Source of the DNA: Candidatus Woesebacteria bacterium GW2011_GWB1_39_10
Lineage (GTDB): Bacteria > Patescibacteriota > Microgenomatia > UBA8517
Reading direction: 5' to 3'
Length of the DNA stretch: 64,000 bases
Assembly: GCA_000993205.1 (NCBI GenBank)
Contig: LBVU01000003.1
Location: 85,820-149,819, forward strand
This document shows, piece by piece, positions 17,328-26,177 of this stretch. A program made the position numbers and the translations under genes. Position 1 is the first letter of the stretch. Each line of letters begins with the position of its first letter. The notes beneath the pieces were generated by a model. It ran no database searches, was not told the origin of the DNA, and saw only the letters and a list, made by a program, of their open reading frames with translations.

Positions 17328-18632
17328 TCATTTTTCGTTATCAGACTTCTCGCTTCCATCATCTGTCTTCTCCGGTTCAACACTTACAGGAAAAGATGGT
17401 TCTACGTTTTCCTGAGCACCACCTTCTCCGTCTTTCTTTTCGACTCCGTCTGTATCTGATTTTTCTGCCAGGGCTGATTTCGCCTTTTTAGCCAATTTCT
17501 TAGCTTTAGTCTTTGTAATCTTTTTAACAGGAGGAATCACAACTGCCGATTCCTCATTCTTAGTTATTAGCTCTTCGATTTTAGTTAATTCTCCGTTACC
17601 TTCCACCTCTATTCGATAACCTGTAAGTTTAGCCGTTAACCGAACATTCTGACCATCTTTTCCGATTGCCATAGAAAGTTGATCTTCAGGCGCGGACACC
17701 CTTGCAATCATTCTTTCTTTATCAAGTGTTACTATTAAGCTCTCCGCGGGGGAAAGAGAGGCCTTAATAAGTTCCGACACATCCTGGCTCCAGGGGATTA
17801 CGTCTACCCGCTCTCCACCAATTTCATTTGTAACAGCCTGAACCCTAACGCCTTTTTGGCCAACACAGGATCCAACCGGATCAACCCCGGTCTGGGATGA
17901 AAAGACTGCAACTTTTGTTCTTACTCCGGCTTCTCTGGCGATAGATTTGATTTCTACAGATTTAGATGAAATTTCGGGAACTTCTCTCGCAAAAAGTTTT
18001 TCAACAAATTCGGGAGCGGCCCGGGAAAGAAAAATTTCCTTGCCCCTGGGAGTTTCCGAAATAACTTTTATCAAAAATGTAAGCCTCTGATTCAGGTCAA
18101 GACGTTCATTGGGAATCCTGTCCTCGACCAAGAGTATCGCCTCAGTTCTACCTAAATCTACTCGAACATTTGGCCCGTCGAAGCGAAGGATCAAACCGGA
18201 TGCTAAAGAGCCGACTTTTTCTTCAAATTCTTCCATTATCGCCCCTTTTTCTGCCTCGCGAATTTTTTGATGAATAACCTGCTTTGCGGTTTGGGCCGCA
18301 ATTCTTCCAAATCCCGGAGGTGTCACATCGCGCTTTTCCTTTTTGGCTTTTGCCTTTTCCTTCTCTGTAGCATCTTCCGCAGGTAGCACCCAAGCAAAAA
18401 CGCGCGTTTCGCCGCTTACCGGGTCAAGTACCGCTTCGTAATCAAAAGTGTCAACATCTTCACCCTGTTCTTTTGCATCCCTCTTGTAAGCGGCAATTAT
18501 GGCTTGTTTAATCGTATCCAAAATCACGTCAGGATCAAGCCCCCGCTCCTGAGCGATGGCTTTTAAGGCCTGACTAAATTCTGTTCTTGCTGTTTGCATA
18601 TTACAAAAAAAGGCGGGCGTGTTAGTTCCCAC
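17328..18632 (-). CDS. nusA: Transcription termination/antitermination factor NusA (with K/E-rich C-terminal tail)
   Basis: S1 and tandem KH regions ('GVDPVGSCVGQKGVRVQAV', 'IGKDGQNVRLTAKLTGYRIEVE'). Confidence 0.9.
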   Translation of the reverse strand: MGTNTPAFFCNMQTARTEFSQALKAIAQERGLDPDVILDTIKQAIIAAYKRDAKEQGEDVDTFDYEAVLDPVSGETRVFAWVLPAEDATEKEKAKAKKEKRDVTPPGFGRIAAQTAKQVIHQKIREAEKGAIMEEFEEKVGSLASGLILRFDGPNVRVDLGRTEAILLVEDRIPNERLDLNQRLTFLIKVISETPRGKEIFLSRAAPEFVEKLFAREVPEISSKSVEIKSIAREAGVRTKVAVFSSQTGVDPVGSCVGQKGVRVQAVTNEIGGERVDVIPWSQDVSELIKASLSPAESLIVTLDKERMIARVSAPEDQLSMAIGKDGQNVRLTAKLTGYRIEVEGNGELTKIEELITKNEESAVVIPPVKKITKTKAKKLAKKAKSALAEKSDTDGVEKKDGEGGAQENVEPSFPVSVEPEKTDDGSEKSDNEK

Positions 18633-18681
18633 CTAATTTCCCGTACCCTGCGTAGATTTTACCTCAAGAAGCCTCATTAAG

Positions 18682-19398
18682 TCAAACATTTGGAACTGAG
18701 ATTATTGTTGGGAGCAAACCCTTCCTAGATTTCGAGCCTCCGAATTCCCCCACAGTGTAAACAACAGGCACTCCGAGAGCGCGAATTTTGGTTTCACCGG
18801 AATAACAACTTGCGAGTAATATTCCGGCATAGTTGACTGTATTGTCATATCTTTTTAGAATTCTATTCACCGCAACCTCATTTCCAAGCTTCTGAACCCT
18901 AGTCTCTTTTGTAAAATATGGCTGACGTGAACATTGTTCACCTATAGTCAAGGGTGCATCCCATCCGTGTCCGCTGACGATAACGATTTCTTTTCCGCGA
19001 TTTTTCTTAATCAACGAATTAAACTCATCTATTTGTTCATAATTCCTCCCGAACATAAGGTAAAAAAAATCGGCTATTATTTCTCTTCGAAAAGTATCTG
19101 TTCCCCGACCCGTGGTAGCAAGGTATCTTAGACTTGTGTCTTTATAATATTTCCAATCCGATTCAATATTTCGAAGTTCAATAGGAAGGGATTCTTGCGG
19201 ATTCAGATCGAGAAATCTTATTCCGAAAATTCTATCCGGTAAAATTACCCCGCTTAGTTTCCTAACAGCTTTCTTATCAAGAGAGCCTAAGGGAATTTCA
19301 ATTTCGATTCCCCATGCAAGAGGTCTATTTTTGGTAAAGTCAACACGCCTACCCACAATATTTATAGACCCAAGAATTCTTTCTGACATGGACGGCAT
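18682..19398 (-). CDS. Hypothetical protein with a His/Cys dyad suggestive of a caspase-like (C14/CHAT) fold
   Basis: 'EIVIVSGHGWD' and 'ILLASCYSGE' about 60 residues apart, resembling the caspase/metacaspase SHG...(Q/D)xCxG dyad. Speculative. Confidence 0.35.
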   Translation of the reverse strand: MPSMSERILGSINIVGRRVDFTKNRPLAWGIEIEIPLGSLDKKAVRKLSGVILPDRIFGIRFLDLNPQESLPIELRNIESDWKYYKDTSLRYLATTGRGTDTFRREIIADFFYLMFGRNYEQIDEFNSLIKKNRGKEIVIVSGHGWDAPLTIGEQCSRQPYFTKETRVQKLGNEVAVNRILKRYDNTVNYAGILLASCYSGETKIRALGVPVVYTVGEFGGSKSRKGLLPTIISVPNV

Positions 19399-19419
19399 TT
19401 TAACGTTTTGGAGTAAAAT

Positions 19420-21762
19420 ATGTCAAACATCTGCAATTTCATCAATCATAAAAATAATCACATACAATACTTGCAAACTATTATATGTAATGGCAAAATG
19501 AAGTACCCTGTCATGCAAGAACAAAATCCATATTTAATCAAAATTCCGGAAGTTCCGTATCAACCGCCTTCAAAGTCTCCATCTTTTCCTAAAAATAATA
19601 TTTCAAAAACGATTTTCGGCTTTCTTGGAATTATGATGCTTACAATCGGTGCCGGACTTGGTGTCCTTCTTGTCCAAAATCAACAAATATTTAGAGGAAA
19701 AGCAGCCGAAAATACCACAGCGCAAAAAATAGCCGAAATAGCTGAAAATCTTGGTCAGAATCAACCTTCAAATACCTCTGTATACACATCCAGTGACCTG
19801 GGTTATCAAATTACTTTCGATAAGAATTACTGGACACCCACGACCGATTTAAACCAATCTAATCTACAAACAATAAGCCTATCTCTTAACAATCAGGCTG
19901 GAAACGCTCAAATAACTTTTGCCTCTTTTGATCTGACAAAGAAACTTAAATCGGCAAAGGGAGTCGGCAATTCACTTGACTTACTCGCCCAAACTTATGC
20001 AACAGATACAAATTCCACTTCCAAAGAAAAAGTAAGAATGAACGGACGAGACTATTATAAATTGTCATATGACCTCAACTTCCTGAACCAAAGAAGTCAA
20101 TACTTTAAATATTTGACCATAAACGGAAATAACTACTATGTCATAACCGCCAAATACTCTACGTTTGGAAACGGGCAAGCATTTGCCAATCAATTCATCG
20201 ATTCGCTTTCGTTCTTACCTCAAAATCCATCGGTAAAGGCGGCAACAACCAATTCAATTCCCGCCACGGTCCTTGACGAATCAAAGATCGTGGAATTAAC
20301 TAAACCGTCTGTTTTTGAGATTGCGCATATCTACTGCAACAATATTGATATCCCCAACCTATCCGGGACCAAATATCTTAAAGCAAGTTACACTTTCTGC
20401 AATGGCGCTTTGGGATCCGGTTTTGCAATCAACAAAGACGGTTTTATCGCGACGAATGGTCACGTCGCCAAAAGTTACCCCGAGGAAGCAATGGTGCAGG
20501 CATTTTTGTATAAGAGCACCAGTATCAAACCGTTTGCAATTGACCTAATTCAAGAAATTGCCCTAATTCAAACAGGTCAGGAAATAAGCACGGATCAAGC
20601 CACAATTTTTCTTGCCCAAGCTGAAAATGATCCGAATGTGTTTCAGATACTCATGAATCTGATTTATAAAATGATGCAACAAAACCTGCTTGTTCTTAAG
20701 GAAAACCAGAACAGATATTTTGTGAAATTAAGTAATGATCCTCTCGTTATAGATACCAAAAAATCCGGACTCGATATTTTAAATTCAATCACATCGTCCG
20801 ACACGGTTAAGGAAGCAACTTACGTGGCATCAAATTATCCAAATGCTTACACCACAGATGCGATACTTAATAATAAGCCCCCAACTGGCTCCGATGTTGC
20901 CATTCTTAAGATTATAAACCCTGGTAAGCTAGTTTTTCCTTCAGTCAACCTCGGTACTTCCGATGGCTTAAAAGAGGGTTCTGATGTAATAGTAATCGGT
21001 TATCCGGGTTTGGTGTCGGGAAGCGCCTCGGCAGATTCTCTTATAAATCAAAAATCTTCTGCGACTGCCACTGTAACCAGGGGAATTATTTCCGCTATCA
21101 AAAATGATCAGGGCGGACTAAAGTTGATCCAAGTTGACGCCTCGATTGACCATGGGAATAGCGGTGGCCCGGCTTTCGATACAAATGGGAATGTAATTGG
21201 AATTGCAACTTACGGTATGGGGAGCACTAGCGGTAATTATAATTTTTTAAGGGATATAAACGATCTTAAAAAATTAGCGAGCGACAACTCAGTTTCAATT
21301 GGCACTTCTGCTACTTATGACCAGTGGGCACAGGGCTTGTCTTACTTTTGGATCGAACACTACAGACAAGCTGAAATTCCATTTGCCCAAGTACAAAAAG
21401 ACTATCCAATCCATCCAACAGTTATCGGTTATGTTTCGGATTCAAACACGGCAATTCAAAAAGGGCAGGACAAAAGTGGACTGTTGTTTCTTCTAACTCA
21501 CGATCTTAAAACACAGCTTATTTTTGCCGGAATAATCTTTGCTGTCATTGGCGGTGGAGTTGGAATAATTATTTTTATACATAGAAAAAAGACTCCAGGA
21601 ACGGGGATTACCCCTACTCAACAAACAGTGCAAACAACCCAAAGTATCCAACCCACCCCTCTGCCTTTACCACAACAACCGACTTTTGTTGGCCAAAACA
21701 CCACACCTGTAAGTCCTCCGAGAGTTTTTTCCACAAACGGGCCACTTGCTAACAATATCTAA
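19420..21762 (+). CDS. Membrane-anchored trypsin-like serine protease (S1/HtrA-like domain plus N-terminal unknown domain and Pro/Thr/Gln-rich tail)
   Basis: Catalytic triad context 'IATNGHVA', 'SDVAILKI', 'DHGNSGGPAF'. N- and C-terminal TM segments. Start may be the downstream ATG at 19498. Confidence 0.75.
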   Translation: MSNICNFINHKNNHIQYLQTIICNGKMKYPVMQEQNPYLIKIPEVPYQPPSKSPSFPKNNISKTIFGFLGIMMLTIGAGLGVLLVQNQQIFRGKAAENTTAQKIAEIAENLGQNQPSNTSVYTSSDLGYQITFDKNYWTPTTDLNQSNLQTISLSLNNQAGNAQITFASFDLTKKLKSAKGVGNSLDLLAQTYATDTNSTSKEKVRMNGRDYYKLSYDLNFLNQRSQYFKYLTINGNNYYVITAKYSTFGNGQAFANQFIDSLSFLPQNPSVKAATTNSIPATVLDESKIVELTKPSVFEIAHIYCNNIDIPNLSGTKYLKASYTFCNGALGSGFAINKDGFIATNGHVAKSYPEEAMVQAFLYKSTSIKPFAIDLIQEIALIQTGQEISTDQATIFLAQAENDPNVFQILMNLIYKMMQQNLLVLKENQNRYFVKLSNDPLVIDTKKSGLDILNSITSSDTVKEATYVASNYPNAYTTDAILNNKPPTGSDVAILKIINPGKLVFPSVNLGTSDGLKEGSDVIVIGYPGLVSGSASADSLINQKSSATATVTRGIISAIKNDQGGLKLIQVDASIDHGNSGGPAFDTNGNVIGIATYGMGSTSGNYNFLRDINDLKKLASDNSVSIGTSATYDQWAQGLSYFWIEHYRQAEIPFAQVQKDYPIHPTVIGYVSDSNTAIQKGQDKSGLLFLLTHDLKTQLIFAGIIFAVIGGGVGIIIFIHRKKTPGTGITPTQQTVQTTQSIQPTPLPLPQQPTFVGQNTTPVSPPRVFSTNGPLANNI

Positions 21763-22334
21763 GGAGTCTTGAAAGCGCTTATCAGGGCGTCATAGACGTC
21801 CTTATATACCACGCCATTCTTTATAAAGTTGGATACCGCACTCGAGACTAAATTGAATTCTAAAAATATGATAGCCGCCAAAACAACCACTCCCAAAAAT
21901 GCAAGTTTCTTATTACCGGTAACCACATAACTATCGACTATTTGATCGTGCCATGTGCGTCTTTCTTTGTCCACTAAAATCCATATGAATCCGAGCCACA
22001 AAAGAACTCCGGAAACTATATATGCAATCCTGTCGCGGAAAAAAGCTTTCCAGAAACTCAACAATTGACCGTCAGCAAGAACAACTTTTATTCCGGTCGC
22101 CAATTTACCCACAGTTCCCCCAAACCTTGAAACAAGGAACGAAGATAAAAAGATATAAACAATGGGGTAGACCATGATCAACAACACCACATACAAAGAT
22201 AGTCGGTTGAGCATGCTCACGGTATCGGTAGAAGTCGAAAAAATGGAGATTAAGAAAATTGGGAAAAGCCACAAAAACGCAACGTCTATGCTACGTGCTA
22301 AAAGTCTTTGCCAAGGGCTTGCAATATTATTCAT
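21759..22334 (-). CDS. RDD family membrane protein
   Basis: 'WQRLLARSIDVAFLW' and 'RTWHDQIVDSYVV' RDD signatures. Confidence 0.75.
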   Translation of the reverse strand: MNNIASPWQRLLARSIDVAFLWLFPIFLISIFSTSTDTVSMLNRLSLYVVLLIMVYPIVYIFLSSFLVSRFGGTVGKLATGIKVVLADGQLLSFWKAFFRDRIAYIVSGVLLWLGFIWILVDKERRTWHDQIVDSYVVTGNKKLAFLGVVVLAAIIFLEFNLVSSAVSNFIKNGVVYKDVYDALISAFKTP

Positions 22335-23370
22335 TTTTTACCTCCTCATTAAAAATTTCCTTGAACAACAAGTTCCAGTTCCCATAATTAAATACAATAA
22401 ACACCGCTTTGATTAATGAATTTATTGAAACAAAAATCAAAAACAAAATCGCAATACCAATTATCTGACCAATTCCCGGAAAATGAAACCCATTATCAAA
22501 AGATGGCGCAATCAAAAAGTAACCGGGGATTCCAAATACCAGACCCAAAAGTAAAAGCCCCACGCATCCCGAAGTGCAACCAATAACCGAATTAATAAGA
22601 CCCATAACAAAAGTGGGTATAAAGTTGCCTTTACTTAGGGACAAACCTTTTTTCCAAGCATTCCATGGTGAATAATTTTTAAGAACTATTAAACGCTCCG
22701 CGTATATCGAAAGCATAACAAAAAGAACCATGGAGATGATAAAACCCAATACTCCGACTATTCCAAAAAGAATAAGCCAGATAATTCCGAGCACGGGTAT
22801 TAATAGCTTGATTAGAAAACCAATTCCTATAATGAAAATTATTCCTAAAATTAAAACAGTAGTTATACCTGATGAAATCAAATTGAAAATAATTAAATCT
22901 TTGATTTTGGCGATTCCTTTTGGTGAAACATTTTTTAAGTCAACCGACTCGTCCATATCAGCCATATTAAGTCCCGCTATAAGCGCTCCTTTAGCCCAGG
23001 ACGTCAGCACCCAGATTACGGCAGTTGTAAAAACCGCAACTATTAAAATCAGAAGCCCCAGGAGAATCCACGTTCCGACTGGAATCCCCGTAACCCAATT
23101 TTTAAAAATATTTGTGGCCTCCCCCAAAACGTACGAAGTCTGTTGCCGAATGTTTTGGATATTTGTCGGGCCAGGGCTTAGAGAAGCATTGGGAAGATTT
23201 GTATTTGCACTACCGCCACCACCGGAACCTCCACCGCCTCCGGAACCTCCGCCAAAAGCCGCAAGCACCAATCCCATCACCCACAACCATTTATTTTTCC
23301 AGGTTAGTTCCCAGGAGCGTTTAATTATTTTCCCGTAATCAATATTTTGCATGAAGTTAGACTTTAACAA
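22327..23370 (-). CDS. Polytopic membrane protein with Gly/Ser linker (unknown function)
   Basis: 347 aa. 'GGGSGGGGGSGGGGS' after the first TM, then 6-8 predicted TM segments. Overlaps both flanking RDD genes (8 and 14 nt). Confidence 0.55.
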   Translation of the reverse strand: MLKSNFMQNIDYGKIIKRSWELTWKNKWLWVMGLVLAAFGGGSGGGGGSGGGGSANTNLPNASLSPGPTNIQNIRQQTSYVLGEATNIFKNWVTGIPVGTWILLGLLILIVAVFTTAVIWVLTSWAKGALIAGLNMADMDESVDLKNVSPKGIAKIKDLIIFNLISSGITTVLILGIIFIIGIGFLIKLLIPVLGIIWLILFGIVGVLGFIISMVLFVMLSIYAERLIVLKNYSPWNAWKKGLSLSKGNFIPTFVMGLINSVIGCTSGCVGLLLLGLVFGIPGYFLIAPSFDNGFHFPGIGQIIGIAILFLIFVSINSLIKAVFIVFNYGNWNLLFKEIFNEEVKNE

Positions 23371-23872
23371 CTACGGTACCTGCAATTTTGTCGTGCCATG
23401 TCTGCTTATTTTTATCCCAAAGCATCCACAAAAATCCGAGTAGGAACACAAAAGATGATATAAACTTTCCTACAACCTCTCTTAAAAAGGCCTTAAGATA
23501 TCCTGGAGCCTCGTTTGTCCCGGCTCTTACAACCTTAATCTTTAGGGCCATCTTGCCCAAGGTTTGCCCTTTTGCACCTATAAAATAGATGAAGTAGACA
23601 AGTTCAAGTACAAAAAATATTAAAGACACCACCATGGAAACCACCGCGACGACAGAAGAAGCTGAGCCACCTCCAGCAACCGTGGTAACAATCCCCATCA
23701 CGAGATTAATTACAAAAGAGACCACACCGATAATAAGCCCATCCAACACTGAAGCTCCAAGTCGGGCCCAAAAACCGGCGTAAACTACCGTTCCGGCAGC
23801 GGAAACAGCCTGAGGATCAACCTGGGGCTGTGGCTGACTAACAATTGGTGATGGTGTATTTTCCTGTGGCAT
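23357..23872 (-). CDS. RDD family membrane protein (paralog)
   Basis: 'YAGFWARLGASVLDGLII' and 'QTWHDKIAGTVVV'. Confidence 0.75.
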   Translation of the reverse strand: MPQENTPSPIVSQPQPQVDPQAVSAAGTVVYAGFWARLGASVLDGLIIGVVSFVINLVMGIVTTVAGGGSASSVVAVVSMVVSLIFFVLELVYFIYFIGAKGQTLGKMALKIKVVRAGTNEAPGYLKAFLREVVGKFISSFVFLLGFLWMLWDKNKQTWHDKIAGTVVVKV

Positions 23873-23925
23873 GTTTTAAGTTTATATTCAGATATTCTTA
23901 TATGTCAACTGACAACAGCATAAAT

Positions 23926-24483
23926 TTAATACCCTCTGTCTATTGCTTCAATTGCTTCGATTTTTTTATCAATTCTTTGTTTGGCCTTCACTAGGTTTTC
24001 GTTAGCCCAAGCAATAGCGGTTTCACCAGCAAAAATTTCGCTTCCCCGTCTTTTGGATATTTCCCCCACAACCGCTATCAGCAAATCTGGTTCGTTTAGC
24101 GATATGTTTTCGACAAATTTGACAGAACGGCCAAGCATTCTATTGATGTCTGCAAGGCTTTCTGTATCCTCAACAAACTGTTTTTTATAGGATTTTGCTT
24201 CAATTATTTGCAACGCCGCCTCCACAGATAATCCAAGCGACGCTTTTCTCGCTTCCTCTATCGATTCTGGTCCAATTTTTCCTTTGTAGTTCAAAGCGTC
24301 CACATATTCTCTGAAAAATTTCTCAGGTTCTAGAAAAAGTATATTGGGGCGGTCTTGCACTACTCTGAATTCGCTTCTGGCTCTCGCAGTATTTAAGATG
24401 TCTGCACCTATTCCTCTTGCACTTGCAAACTCAACCTCTAGGGTGGCCCCCATATCGTTTGCTCCAGGTGTACCAATCGCCAT
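23926..24483 (-). CDS. Hypothetical protein
   Basis: 185 aa ORF. No recognised motif. Confidence 0.45.
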   Translation of the reverse strand: MAIGTPGANDMGATLEVEFASARGIGADILNTARARSEFRVVQDRPNILFLEPEKFFREYVDALNYKGKIGPESIEEARKASLGLSVEAALQIIEAKSYKKQFVEDTESLADINRMLGRSVKFVENISLNEPDLLIAVVGEISKRRGSEIFAGETAIAWANENLVKAKQRIDKKIEAIEAIDRGY

Positions 24484-24534
24484 AATAAGTATATTATAAT
24501 CCTTCTTCCTTCATCTCTTCAATCAAACTTTTGG

Positions 24535-24732
24535 TTAATTTTGAGTATTCGCTTTTACAAAGGCCTCTTCAAGTTCTTTTTCGGTTGGGGATCTGCCCTC
24601 TTTTTCCGTCTTTTTCATTAATCTGCAAACAGGGCAGTCATCAAAAAATTCATCACTGCTGGAAATTAATTGGTATTCTGAATCGACTTCTTTTTTAACC
24701 TCTTTTTTAACCTTCGATTTTGCCTTCGACAT
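24535..24732 (-). CDS. Small hypothetical protein with CPVC motif
   Basis: 65 aa. 'EFFDDCPVCRL...SPTEKELEEAF' shares the EFFDD...SPTEK string with the divergent TrpR-like neighbour. Confidence 0.4.
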   Translation of the reverse strand: MSKAKSKVKKEVKKEVDSEYQLISSSDEFFDDCPVCRLMKKTEKEGRSPTEKELEEAFVKANTQN

Positions 24733-24794
24733 TATAAATACTTTAAATCAAAACAACTGGTATATTCAACCCCACCTACACATCTTGCAATCCA

Positions 24795-24822
24795 CACTTC
24801 ATTACTATATAGTAATGAAGTG
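24795..24822. promoter_or_regulatory. 28-bp perfect palindrome CACTTCATTACTAT|ATAGTAATGAAGTG in a divergent promoter region
   Basis: Core TTACTATATAGTAA is shared with the palindromes at 25273-25306 and 48103-48130. Sits 2 nt upstream of the TrpR-like start. Confidence 0.7.
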
Positions 24823-24824
24823 AT

Positions 24825-25274
24825 ATGACAAAAGTTTCAGGACTTCCACTTAGGCCAGATGTTTGGAATAGAGTATTGGAACTATTTGTTTCTACACTTG
24901 CCAACCAAACGAATAATAAAAAATTGTCGGAGTTTTTCGATGACTTTTTCTCCCCAACAGAAAAAATAATGTTTGCCAAACGGCTTGCGGCGGCAGTTTT
25001 ACTGGCCAAAAACCATGATTACCAAAGCATCCATGAAATTCTCAGAATCAGTCCTCCCACAATAGCAAAATTGAGTTTGAAAATTAAATACGGGGGAGAA
25101 GGACTAAAACCCGTGATAGAAGATATTTTTAAAAAGGAAGCAAATCAAATAGTTTGGAAGGAAATCGAGAGTCTGTTTGATCTGCCAACTAAAGGAAATA
25201 TAAAATCTCCTGAAAGATTTAAAAGAAACCTCAAACGCGAGCAAAAAATTCGAGAAATAAAATCCGAATTTTAA
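24825..25274 (+). CDS. TrpR/YerC-YecD-like DNA-binding protein
   Basis: 'LSEFFDDFFSPTEKIMFAKRLAAAVLLAKNHDYQSIHEILRISPPTIAKLS' matches the Trp-repressor-like YerC/YecD pattern. Confidence 0.65.
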   Translation: MTKVSGLPLRPDVWNRVLELFVSTLANQTNNKKLSEFFDDFFSPTEKIMFAKRLAAAVLLAKNHDYQSIHEILRISPPTIAKLSLKIKYGGEGLKPVIEDIFKKEANQIVWKEIESLFDLPTKGNIKSPERFKRNLKREQKIREIKSEF

Positions 25275-25306
25275 ATACTTAATTACTATATAGTAATTAA
25301 GTATTT
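25273..25306. repeat. 34-bp perfect palindrome AAATACTTAATTACTAT|ATAGTAATTAAGTATTT
   Basis: Located between the convergent TrpR-like and dnaJ genes. Second copy of the TTAATTACTATATAGTAATTAA core. Confidence 0.7.
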
Positions 25307-25324
25307 GGAGCTAAAATATTATAT

Positions 25325-26173
25325 TTACAATCCTTCTTCTTTCATTTCTTCAACCAAACTTTTTTGATTCCTATTCAATTTTTCCGGAATTGCAACATTT
25401 ATACGGATATACTCATCACCTTTTCCCCGCCCATGCAAATGTGGAACACCCTGCTCCCTAAGCCTCATCATTACTCCGCTTTGAGTCCCCTGGCGGATTC
25501 TGATCTTAATTTCATCTCCAATTGTCGGAACTTTTATCTCACCGCCGAGCACGGCGAGGGAGAAGGGGATTCCTACAGTTACATAAATGTCATCGTCCTG
25601 TCGCTCAAAAAGTTTATGGGGCTTAATATTGACTGAAAGCGTAAAGTCCTCGAAATTAATCCTTGCTCCTTCATAAATGCCGGCAGGAATCTTAATCTTT
25701 CTCTTTTTTCCACCCACATCAACCTCTTTTGAAACTCCGTGTACAGCCTCCATGAAATCAATCGTCATTGAGTATCTCGGTATTTGTTGGCGTTGGGTAC
25801 GCCCAAAAGGATTCCCGCCACCGAAAAAACTTTCAAAAATGTCAAAGGGGTCACCAAAGTCAACATTGCCAAAAGGGTTCTCTCCTCCGCTTGTATAGGT
25901 GTATGTAAAAGGAGAACCTCCACCAGCAAATGGATTCCCGGCAGGGCCATTTGTGCTGCCATACTGGTCAAACATTGATTTCTTTTTGGGATCGCTAAGC
26001 ACCTGATAGGCCTCATTTATCTCTTTGAATCTCTTTTCCGCCGCCTCTTTATCGTCTTTGTGTCTATCCGGATGCCACTCGAGAGCCTGCTTGCGGTAAG
26101 CCTTTTTGATTTCGTCGGCCGAAGCAGATTTCGAAACTCCGAGGATGTCGTAATAGTCCGTTTTTGTGACCAT
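25325..26173 (-). CDS. dnaJ: DnaJ-class co-chaperone, type II (J-domain + G/F + C-terminal domains, no Zn-finger)
   Basis: 'DYYDILGV...AYRKQALEWHPDR' J-domain with G/F-rich linker. No CxxCxGxG repeats. Confidence 0.85.
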   Translation of the reverse strand: MVTKTDYYDILGVSKSASADEIKKAYRKQALEWHPDRHKDDKEAAEKRFKEINEAYQVLSDPKKKSMFDQYGSTNGPAGNPFAGGGSPFTYTYTSGGENPFGNVDFGDPFDIFESFFGGGNPFGRTQRQQIPRYSMTIDFMEAVHGVSKEVDVGGKKRKIKIPAGIYEGARINFEDFTLSVNIKPHKLFERQDDDIYVTVGIPFSLAVLGGEIKVPTIGDEIKIRIRQGTQSGVMMRLREQGVPHLHGRGKGDEYIRINVAIPEKLNRNQKSLVEEMKEEGL

Positions 26174-26177
26174 GAAG

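Noticed and set aside
22730-23338. 202-aa plus-strand ORF
   Set aside because: It lies antisense within the polytopic membrane protein gene 22327..23370. Its Pro/Glu repeats mirror the Gly/Ser linker on the coding strand.
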